NCBI GenBank assembly: GCA_964016885.1
Contig: OZ024740.1
Coordinates: forward strand, 62,001 to 126,000
Direction: 5' to 3'
Length of the DNA: 64,000 nt
Source: Eledone cirrhosa
Taxonomy: Eukaryota
The translations under genes were made by a program, and so were the position numbers. Below are positions 63,901 to 64,000 of this stretch, one piece after another; position 1 is the first letter of the stretch, and each line of letters begins with the position of its first letter. Under the pieces are notes generated by a model, which was not told where the DNA came from, did not search any database, and saw only the letters and a list, made by a program, of their open reading frames with translations.

Positions 63901-64000
63901 CCCTGTCAAATCCCTTCATCTCCCTATAAATTACACCACCCCTCTCTTCCCAACCCTGTCAAATCCCTTCATCTCCCTATAAACTACACCAGCTCTCTCT
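60955..64000. repeat. 53-bp satellite, at least 57 copies, running off the window end
   Basis: Unit CTATAAACTACACCACCTCTCTCTTCCCTACCCTGTCAAATCCCTTCATCTCC; starts at 60958, 61011, 61064 and onward. Confidence 0.99.

Overview
AT-rich animal genomic DNA, most likely a cephalopod such as Octopus (inferred from the repeat landscape, not verified). The right half (33.4-60.9 kb) holds 14 GT-AG coding exons of the Elongator subunit gene ELP2 on the + strand; its first and last exons lie outside the window. ELP2 introns contain a 9.4-kb 26-bp satellite, several minisatellites, two SINE families, hAT MITEs and an internally deleted mariner. The left half (1-33.4 kb), probably one large ELP2 intron, is a pile-up of non-LTR retrotransposons inserted into (TA/TG)n microsatellite: two RTE families (one copy with an intact 1039-aa ORF), a CR1-group LINE with an intact ORF2, an RTE/BovB-type remnant and a Penelope-like element. 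Most notable observations: a candidate -1 ribosomal frameshift signal joining ORF1 and ORF2 of the CR1-group LINE; hammerhead-ribozyme-like motifs at the Penelope terminus and within three fold-back palindromes; a PHD-type zinc finger inside the RTE reverse transcriptase; and a SINE sharing its 3' tail with the local RTE.
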